From an uncultured Candidatus Peribacteria bacterium (GTDB taxonomy: Bacteria; Patescibacteriota; Gracilibacteria; Peribacterales; Peribacteraceae): DNA of 58,754 bases. A program made the position numbers and the translations under genes. The DNA lies in the NCBI GenBank assembly GCA_964436765.1, contig CAYTEH010000004.1, positions 9,910-68,663 on the forward strand, read 5' to 3'. The first letter of the stretch is position 1, and the number at the start of each line of letters is the position of its first letter. Shown here in pieces: positions 8,914 to 16,247 of this stretch. The notes beneath the pieces are model-generated. The model saw only the letters and a program-made list of their open reading frames with translations, was not told the origin of the DNA and did not search any database.

Positions 8914-9549
8914 ATGCATCGCTATGAGTCACTGTTTTGCGTGGTCGTTTTCGCCTTCTGCATGACCCAAGAGGTCCAGGGTCAGGCAAAGAAAAAGGAT
9001 CCGCCCGCAAAAAAGTCACACATCGACGCAATGAATGCGGCGATGGGAAAGGGCTTGACCGAGATTCGAAAAGACGTCGACGGCGTCAAAAAAGACGTAC
9101 AAGGGGTCAAAGATGACCTGAAGAAAAGCGACGGAAAGCTGGATCGGATCCTGGCCAAACAACTCGAGCACGATGCCGAGTTCAAGGCCATCCGGGACAA
9201 ACAGGTCGAACACGACGCCGAGTTCAAGGCCATCCGCGATGCGCAGGTCATGTTGGCCAAGCAAATCAAGGAAGGTTTTGACAGTGCCGCCACGGAATTG
9301 GGCGAAGTGAAGAAAATTGTCCAGAAAAACGTGAATGTCACGGTCAACGTCGCCGCGCCGCCGCCAGTCGAAAAGGTCGTGTACAAGGATCGGGTCGTCT
9401 ACCAGGACCGGATCGTATACCAGGACCGCGTCGTCGTTCAAAAAGAGTACGTCGACAGGTACGTGCACGTCGCCGTGCCGTACCGGGTTGTCGGGTACGT
9501 CCCGTACTACGACTGCTACGGAAACAGCTTGGGTTACTACCGGCCATAA
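8914..9549 (+). CDS. Secreted coiled-coil repeat protein, hypothetical
   Basis: Signal-peptide-like N-terminus MHRYESLFCVVVFAFCMTQEVQG. Tandem EHDAEFKAIRD x2 and V(V/I)YQDR x3 repeats. Start taken at the ATG at 8914 rather than the TTG at 8902. Confidence 0.65.
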   Translation: MHRYESLFCVVVFAFCMTQEVQGQAKKKDPPAKKSHIDAMNAAMGKGLTEIRKDVDGVKKDVQGVKDDLKKSDGKLDRILAKQLEHDAEFKAIRDKQVEHDAEFKAIRDAQVMLAKQIKEGFDSAATELGEVKKIVQKNVNVTVNVAAPPPVEKVVYKDRVVYQDRIVYQDRVVVQKEYVDRYVHVAVPYRVVGYVPYYDCYGNSLGYYRP

Positions 9550-9617
9550 GGCCTCCTGCAGCAAACCGAACAGTCATTGCCCTCCCTTCGGGGAGAATCG
9601 ATGACTGTTCACCATGC

Positions 9618-11018
9618 CTACAATGAACCGCGGAATTTCCGGATTGTCTGGCGCAACTTTTGCATACGTTCTGCAAGTTCCTGCATCTGCTTGTTGTTCT
9701 CCTGGAGCTGAGCAGCGTTGACGCTGTTATTGATTGCCTGCTCAAGCTTTGCAGCTGCTTGTCCGCCCTCTTTTAATTGCCGTTCCAACTCTGCGATGTT
9801 CTGCATCACTTCGTTATTCTGCGGCCGCAGCACGTTCCCACCATTATTCACCTGCTGAGTATTAGTATTGCCCGTGTTCACGCCCCCATTCCCAGTATTG
9901 GGATACCCGTTGTTCCCGTACTCGTTCCCGCCGCTCTGGTATCCGTACCCGTTGTTCGACGCGTACGAATATCCGTTATTGGCGGGATACGTCCTCTGGG
10001 TCGGCGAGCCATACGGCCGCTGCCGGGGGACGAAGTGCATCAGGTTCCCGCTGCCGCCCCATGTGTACGCGTGCGAACCGTAGCGCGCGCTCAGGGCAGC
10101 CTGGCGCATGGCCGCGCCCGACTGCTGCCCGTACAGGGGCGCATTTGGTATGTCCAGGTACGGATTATATTGCTGCACGCCCACCATGTACTGCCCGATG
10201 GGCCGCGGGGCGTAGAAATCGTTTCCATAATCCTGACCGTAGTTCGGATGCTGCCCGCCCGTGTTCATCGCATACTGCGTGCCTGGACTATTGAGCGTGT
10301 AGAGTCCCTGACGTCCTGCCGGCTGGAACGGCGGCGGTGGGTTGTACGTGGGCCCATGCATGGGCTGGGGGCGCATGCCGTCGGCATTCATACCGAAGTT
10401 CTGCTGGAGACCGTTCATGCCGTAGCCGCCCATGGGATTGTACGAACCCATTGGATTGAACTGCTGGTAGTTGTACATCCCCCCCGGATACGAGGCAGAT
10501 GCGAAGGTACCCATCGGCCCGCGGTTGAAGCTGCTGGTGGCAAACCCGCCGGGACCGTACTGCATGGAATTGAATGACGAATACCCACCGTACCCTCCTC
10601 CGAATCCCCCGCCGTAGAAGCCGCCTACGCCTCCGCCCGGGGCATAACCCATGCTGAGCGCGTGGTACGTGTTCATGCCGTTCATCCCATAGCCTCCATA
10701 CCCGTTCCCGCCATATCCGCCGACACCGTAGTTGTACTGAGCCATCGGGTTCCAGCTAGGGTGCCGCGCTGCGTACCCATGAAAGTTCTGCGGGACCTGC
10801 TGCGCGCGTTGACCCGTCGGGTAGCGAAGTCTGTCCACGTACCCCTGCGAGATCGAGTTCTGGTAATTGAGCATGCTGTACGCGCTCTGGAGCCGGTAGT
10901 CGCGCGGGCCAGCGGGCATGTAGGTGGACCCGCCGTTATTGAACTGGCTGTACGCGCGGTGCGCGATGAGGCGCGCTTCGCGGGCGGACCAGGCCGATCC
11001 TGATGGCAGCATGTTCAT
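9618..11018 (-). CDS. Gly/Tyr/Asn/Gln/Met/Pro-rich low-complexity (prion-like) protein with a C-terminal coiled coil
   Basis: 466-aa ORF containing GGYGGNGYGGYGMNGMN, GGFYGGGFGGGYGGYSSF and NNGYSYASNNGYGYQSGGNEYGNNGY. C-terminus is EVMQNIAELERQLKE...MQELAERMQKLRQ. Its start overlaps the upstream stop (ATGA). Confidence 0.75.
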   Translation of the reverse strand: MNMLPSGSAWSAREARLIAHRAYSQFNNGGSTYMPAGPRDYRLQSAYSMLNYQNSISQGYVDRLRYPTGQRAQQVPQNFHGYAARHPSWNPMAQYNYGVGGYGGNGYGGYGMNGMNTYHALSMGYAPGGGVGGFYGGGFGGGYGGYSSFNSMQYGPGGFATSSFNRGPMGTFASASYPGGMYNYQQFNPMGSYNPMGGYGMNGLQQNFGMNADGMRPQPMHGPTYNPPPPFQPAGRQGLYTLNSPGTQYAMNTGGQHPNYGQDYGNDFYAPRPIGQYMVGVQQYNPYLDIPNAPLYGQQSGAAMRQAALSARYGSHAYTWGGSGNLMHFVPRQRPYGSPTQRTYPANNGYSYASNNGYGYQSGGNEYGNNGYPNTGNGGVNTGNTNTQQVNNGGNVLRPQNNEVMQNIAELERQLKEGGQAAAKLEQAINNSVNAAQLQENNKQMQELAERMQKLRQTIRKFRGSL

Positions 11019-11359
11019 TGTTCGCCAAAGTAAGAAGTGAGTTTCTGCTCGACGTGTTCGATATCGCTCCCCTGCTCCGCGGCCTCCTTGCCCATGGCCT
11101 TCTTGCGCGATTCCTCCTTCAGCTTGTGCGCCTCGTCGGCGCAGACGTTCGTGACATCCTTGTAAATGCGGTCGTAGAGGTCGAACGCCCGCTGGTACTC
11201 GCCCATGCGCGCCTCGTGCTCCATGGCGTTTTCGGAAGCATACTTTTTCTCCAAAAGCGGGATCCGCTCGATCATCAAATCGGGATTGATATGGCGCATA
11301 ATCTCGTCATAGAGCCAATATGCCGCCGTCCTGGGCCAGGGATTTTTGGGGATGTGCAT
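11015..11359 (-). CDS. Small acidic helical protein, hypothetical; translationally coupled to the G/Y-rich protein
   Basis: 114-aa ORF with a 4-nt ATGA overlap with the next gene and TATAAT about 22 nt upstream of the ATG. Confidence 0.65.
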   Translation of the reverse strand: MHIPKNPWPRTAAYWLYDEIMRHINPDLMIERIPLLEKKYASENAMEHEARMGEYQRAFDLYDRIYKDVTNVCADEAHKLKEESRKKAMGKEAAEQGSDIEHVEQKLTSYFGEQ

Positions 11360-11579
11360 TTGGTATCGGTTTGTTACTATTATACTTTATTTTGGTGTTT
11401 TTAGCAAATACAGCCTTTTAGGCCAGAATAATGAGCCTATAAGTCTTTTTTATGTAAATCGCTGCTTTGACTTAAATATGTAATATTGTATAATATATTA
11501 GCTCCTTCACATCAAAGTCCTTGCAGGTGTACTGCAAGGGTTGCCATACAGAAGTAACTTCTTTTTGAAAGGGTCTACC

Positions 11580-12503
11580 ATGTTTACGTCTCCGTTCGCC
11601 GCCCTGTTGATCGCGATCGTGCTGCTGGTGTTGGGCATCGTGCTCGTCACCGCCGTACGCACCGCGGCCAATGTGGGCATGTTGTCCTTCCTGCTCGGCG
11701 GGGCTGTGCTATTCATCGGAATCCCGGCAATGATGCGTGCCTTGCCCGATGAAACGTACGATTGGATGTTTACGGCGAAAGACTGGATCGGGCTCATCCT
11801 GCTAGCTGCCTATCTGGGCATGCTGGCATGGATGCTCATCTACGTCTACGCCGAGGCGCTCGCCTCGGACGCCGAAAACATCGGGTTCTGCGGGATCTAT
11901 CCGCAAGCGACCGCCCCCACCCAAATGCCCGCCAGCTGGTTGGCATACGTCGCCGGATGGATTCTGGCGGCGGCAACTGTCCTGGTCGTGCTGTTCTGGC
12001 TCGGCTCCCACTTCACGGATGCATGGAGCTGGTTCACGCGGCCGACCTTGAGGACGCTGGTCGCCAGGATGCAGGACCTAGACGCCCACAACAAAAAGGA
12101 GGAATTCAAGGCCACTTCGAACCCGATGTTCTTTACGCTACCCACGCGTTTTATGACAAAGGAGTCGAAGGAAGCCTGGCAAGCCGCAGCGCAGCGGAAG
12201 GCCGCCAAGGAAGGCGACTATGTCATTGAAGAGATCCTGAGTATCAAGTTCCACAGCCAGGACGGCAGGAACTTGACCCACGCCAGGATTCACTTCAAAG
12301 GCAAGCACGCCAAGGCGGATTATTCCGGCAAGATCACCATCGAACGACGCATCTTCGGCGAGGATCAAGCCACGATCGCCCGCATCGTCCATAAGGTGCT
12401 CGAGGAACTGCCGCCGCCCCCGCAAAACAGCGGAAAGTCTTCACTGGAACTGGGAAAGGTCGTCGTCCCCGTTCCTGATCCGTTTGCAGTCGAAAAAGAT
12501 TGA
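11580..12503 (+). CDS. Integral membrane protein (about 4 TM helices) with a soluble C-terminal domain, hypothetical
   Basis: Hydrophobic segments FAALLIAIVLLVLGIVLV, MLSFLLGGAVLFIGIPAMM, WIGLILLAAYLGMLAWMLIYVY and WLAYVAGWILAAATVLVVLFWL. The ATG at 11580 is preferred over the TTG at 11541. Confidence 0.6.
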   Translation: MFTSPFAALLIAIVLLVLGIVLVTAVRTAANVGMLSFLLGGAVLFIGIPAMMRALPDETYDWMFTAKDWIGLILLAAYLGMLAWMLIYVYAEALASDAENIGFCGIYPQATAPTQMPASWLAYVAGWILAAATVLVVLFWLGSHFTDAWSWFTRPTLRTLVARMQDLDAHNKKEEFKATSNPMFFTLPTRFMTKESKEAWQAAAQRKAAKEGDYVIEEILSIKFHSQDGRNLTHARIHFKGKHAKADYSGKITIERRIFGEDQATIARIVHKVLEELPPPPQNSGKSSLELGKVVVPVPDPFAVEKD

Positions 12504-12563
12504 TCTCGATTGCCGAAGACACAAAACCCCACTCATGAAGGAGCATTCAGTTGAGTGGGGTTT

Positions 12564-15500
12564 TTATGATGCCAATGGATCTTCGCGCCTTGGTACAGGC
12601 AGGGCGGCCCACGTGATATACCGCGTCACCAAAGTGTCGGTGGTGGCAGTAAGGAATGCTGCCAAGGGGGTCCGTGCAATTGCAGGATCGGGCCCGGGAA
12701 TGTTGTACGTTGCATGGCTGCCGTCCGGGGCAGCAACGAATGTCGGATCACCGCCGGCATGAGCACGTAGTTCAGCTTGCCGCCGGGCCACTGCCTGCAC
12801 CTTCCACTGTTGCACGATATCGGCTTCCGGCAGATCCATGAACTGCTGAAATGTGAGGCCGGTCCAAGGATCGTTCTCGGTACTCGAGAGCGTGCCCGTG
12901 TTCATCACGATGCGCATGTTGCCGGAACCGCCTTCGTAGGTGACTCGGAACGTGGCGCCGGGGATGTTGAAGGCGTTCTGGACGGACGTGATTTTCTTTT
13001 CGGCCTCTTCCAGGCGCTTGACTGACGCTTCGGGGACCATGCGGTTGAAAATATCGTCTATGAATTGCCGGATGTTTTTGCGCTCGTTCTCGCTTACCTG
13101 CATTTCGAGCACCGGCACGGGCGTCACCGTGGCCGAAGGCGGGTCGACGTGGCGCGTCAGGTACGCACGCATGATCTCGTTGGAAAAGAGCTGCGCGAGC
13201 TGTCGGTCTAGCCCCTCGATGCCCGCAACGGTCGGGATGGTGCCTGCGTTCCCTAGCGCGGGCGGCAGACGACGGAAGCGCTGCATGATGCTGCTGATTT
13301 CTGCAGCCCTCTTCTGTATATCCTGCAGGTTGGAATGCGGCAGGCGGATGGTGCCCACGTCGGCCAGCGAGTTGATGGGCGGAGTGGTGATGACGCGTCC
13401 GGCTACAGTAGGCAGTGAATTGAGGATGGTGATAAGTGTCGTCCCCCACCAGTTCAGACGCGCCTCGGGCGTGGCCGTCTCCAGCAGACCGGCAGTCACT
13501 TCCTTGTTCAGGCGCTCGGAATTTTGGCTGTGCGCCGCAAGGCGCATGATCTGGTACTTGCGTTGTTCCAGTTCGTTTGCGACCTCCGTGACCGTTCTGT
13601 CGCCGCTGGCCGCGACGCGGTTCGCCCAGTCGCGCTGGAGGCTGCGCCTGGCTTCGTTCGTGAGGGGCATCTGGCCGAGGAACCTGTTCCAGCTCTGGTT
13701 CAGGTAGGCCACGTGCTCGTCGGCCTCCCGCACGCGCATGTTCGGGAAATTCGCGAAGTTCCCGCCGCCGTAGTAATCGGCAGCCGTGAAGGCCCTGAGA
13801 GGGTCGTTTTGATTGAGCAGGTTGAATTCCTGCGCGTTCTCGCTGGGGGGCGCAGCGAGGGGATTGTTGCGGTCGAGGATCTGCTGCATGTGACGACGGA
13901 TGCGCTGCACGAGGCTTGCCGCCTCGCGGCCGTTGCGGGACATATTCTCGAGTGTGCTGTCGTCAGCTTCGAAGAGGAATACCTCCCAAATTTTATAGTT
14001 GTACCCCTGGCTGGGATTTTCCCGCTCGAGACGATATGCCTCATGCATCGACACCAGATAGACGAACGTACGGCGTTCGTTGGGCGCTCTGCTTTCACCA
14101 AGCTCCCTGAGACGTCTCACCACATGAGGCTGGCCCCATTGCTGAAGAATAGAGCCGTCCACAGCCACACCGTAGGGCCTGATCTGTCCGGTGACGATGC
14201 GGCTGAAAAACTGCGGCGTGTCGTAGCGGTCACGAATATATGCGGCACCCTGCGCCTCGGCGCCGCCCCGGTGACCGGGGGCGCGGAAGCCCAGATTATC
14301 GATGCTGCGGCCACGATTCGTGAAAAACTTCTTGAGGAGCGCGTACATCGCCTGGCCCTTTTCCCTGGGGCCCATCTGGCCAAAGTCGAAGCCCGTGAAG
14401 TTCATGGTGGGCGGGAGCGGCGGCTGCTCACCGGGACGCGATCCGTTAATTTCCCAGGATTTCATGAGATCGTAGAATCGAATCACGTCATTGACCTTTT
14501 GGTCCTGGAGGATCGCGAGGAGCTTGCGGCTCATGAGGTCGTTGCTTTCCAGTTCCTGCGCCCAGTAGTTGGTGAGGGTCGCGGTGCTCTCGGGGCCGTT
14601 GCGCCAGTCCTGGATGCCCTTCGCGATGCCGTCCCACCAGGCCGAGCCGGTGCGGCGTTCCTGCACCAGGCCGTACACGAGGCCGCCAAACACGGCGGGA
14701 AGCAGAATGAAGTTTTCGAGGTTCGTGCGGTTTCGTTTGAAGAAGTAATGGTGGAGCCCTTTAATGGCCAGGAACGCGCCCAAGCCCACCGCGGCTGCGG
14801 CGGGGAGATTATTGCGCCAGTCCATGACGATGTCCTTCATCTCGCCCGCGAAGTTATGGATGGTCTGGCTCAGGCCGATCGACTTACGGAGCGATTCCGT
14901 CTGCGCCACAGTGCGGTTCTCGGTTTCCTCCGCGTTCACGAGGGCGTTGATGGTGATATCGAGGATCGAACGGGTGTCTTCCACACTCAGGCCGCTGACG
15001 GGACCGCCCGTCCAGTTGTTGCCGATGTACGTGCGCAGCGCGTTCAGGAAGCGTTGGTTGTCCGCGGTCTGCGGCATGTTTGCAGAGAGGAAATCGAGAG
15101 CAAGCTGCGGACGCGAGCGCCAGACGCTGGCAGACGGGAGGGAGTTCGTGAGTGCCTGCTCTGGGATGCCCGTCTGCATCACCTGGATGAACTGCGGCTG
15201 CCCCTGCATGCCGAAGCGCGGGTTCGGCTGCTGTTGCATCACCGGGACAGACCGCGGGCGACGGCGCATCTCGATATATCTGGTACGCGCGGTTCCGAGC
15301 GTGATGCCCCATCCACTGAGCGCTTCAGTGGAGCCCATTTCGTCGATGCTGATCACCTGGTACGCATCCTGCACCTTATTGACGATAGCTGCGTTGGCCG
15401 CGATGATCGCATCGAGCGCCTGGACCGTTTGCTGGGGATTGCCGGGCACGGCCGCGCCGGTGACTCTCGTGCGGAGGGTCCCGCCCTGGAGCATGATCGC

Positions 15501-16223
15501 CAGGAGCGAGAGGTATTTGGTCCGGCTCAGGCGGATATCGGGAAAGCCCGAGGGCGTGCGCGGTGCGGGCCCGTCGGCCGCCTCGATGCCAGGAGGCATG
15601 ATGCGGTTTTCGCGGAGGACGCGGTCGAGGTCGTTGCGCGCGTTCTTGTACGCCTCGATAGGCAGCTGCAGGAAAAGCGTCAGCTGGTCGTTCGTGGCGC
15701 GCTGCATATTCCCTTCGCCGACCCAGACGCTCCGGCCGTTCCTGACGCGGTCGAACACGACCTGACCCAGGTCGCTGGCAGGCAGGGCTCCCTGGCCGGG
15801 GAAAATTCTGTCGATTTGCTCACGGGTCAGAAGTGACCGTACCCGCCCCCCCGCCGCTTCCAATTCCGCCGGCGTCGGGTTCTGCAGGTCTGCCGCCTGC
15901 GCCAGGTTGAACGGATCGGCGGCATTGATGTTGCCGCGCGTCTGGTCCTGCAATGTCGCCGCGTTCATGTTTGGGATCATCCCGCTCACGAGCAGCGCTT
16001 TGAACATGGCGCGGTCGGCGGGGCTGCGCTGGTTCAGCTCGGCATGCTCGCCTCGCGTGAACTGGTTATCGAAGAGCGCAATCGCGTTCGAGAGGGTCTG
16101 GTTCTGGTTGATGCGGTTGGGTCCGCGAATAGATTCGCTGGGCGCCACGGGCGAGAAACCACACAGGCGCGCCTCCCGGGTGCTCCAGGTGTTCCGGCCG
16201 GTGTGGAAGTGCATGTGGATCAT
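12564..16223 (-). CDS. Large hypothetical protein D (1219 aa), no recognised domain, with a central double hydrophobic hairpin
   Basis: Uninterrupted 3.66-kb ORF with normal amino-acid composition, whereas the antisense ORF 13524..15836 is Arg/Ala/Val-rich junk. No signal peptide. TM-like segments at aa 473-490 and 505-520. Confidence 0.8.
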   Translation of the reverse strand: MIHMHFHTGRNTWSTREARLCGFSPVAPSESIRGPNRINQNQTLSNAIALFDNQFTRGEHAELNQRSPADRAMFKALLVSGMIPNMNAATLQDQTRGNINAADPFNLAQAADLQNPTPAELEAAGGRVRSLLTREQIDRIFPGQGALPASDLGQVVFDRVRNGRSVWVGEGNMQRATNDQLTLFLQLPIEAYKNARNDLDRVLRENRIMPPGIEAADGPAPRTPSGFPDIRLSRTKYLSLLAIMLQGGTLRTRVTGAAVPGNPQQTVQALDAIIAANAAIVNKVQDAYQVISIDEMGSTEALSGWGITLGTARTRYIEMRRRPRSVPVMQQQPNPRFGMQGQPQFIQVMQTGIPEQALTNSLPSASVWRSRPQLALDFLSANMPQTADNQRFLNALRTYIGNNWTGGPVSGLSVEDTRSILDITINALVNAEETENRTVAQTESLRKSIGLSQTIHNFAGEMKDIVMDWRNNLPAAAAVGLGAFLAIKGLHHYFFKRNRTNLENFILLPAVFGGLVYGLVQERRTGSAWWDGIAKGIQDWRNGPESTATLTNYWAQELESNDLMSRKLLAILQDQKVNDVIRFYDLMKSWEINGSRPGEQPPLPPTMNFTGFDFGQMGPREKGQAMYALLKKFFTNRGRSIDNLGFRAPGHRGGAEAQGAAYIRDRYDTPQFFSRIVTGQIRPYGVAVDGSILQQWGQPHVVRRLRELGESRAPNERRTFVYLVSMHEAYRLERENPSQGYNYKIWEVFLFEADDSTLENMSRNGREAASLVQRIRRHMQQILDRNNPLAAPPSENAQEFNLLNQNDPLRAFTAADYYGGGNFANFPNMRVREADEHVAYLNQSWNRFLGQMPLTNEARRSLQRDWANRVAASGDRTVTEVANELEQRKYQIMRLAAHSQNSERLNKEVTAGLLETATPEARLNWWGTTLITILNSLPTVAGRVITTPPINSLADVGTIRLPHSNLQDIQKRAAEISSIMQRFRRLPPALGNAGTIPTVAGIEGLDRQLAQLFSNEIMRAYLTRHVDPPSATVTPVPVLEMQVSENERKNIRQFIDDIFNRMVPEASVKRLEEAEKKITSVQNAFNIPGATFRVTYEGGSGNMRIVMNTGTLSSTENDPWTGLTFQQFMDLPEADIVQQWKVQAVARRQAELRAHAGGDPTFVAAPDGSHATYNIPGPDPAIARTPLAAFLTATTDTLVTRYITWAALPVPRREDPLAS

Positions 16224-16247
16224 GAGTGTGTGTTTGCCGCAGGGGGA

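Noticed and set aside
13524-15836. 770-aa plus-strand ORF, plus 14764..15765 and 12940..13707
   Set aside because: Antisense to protein D. The composition (Arg/Ala/Val/Gly/His-rich, no motifs) is typical of high-GC antisense frames. The minus ORF is longer and continuous.
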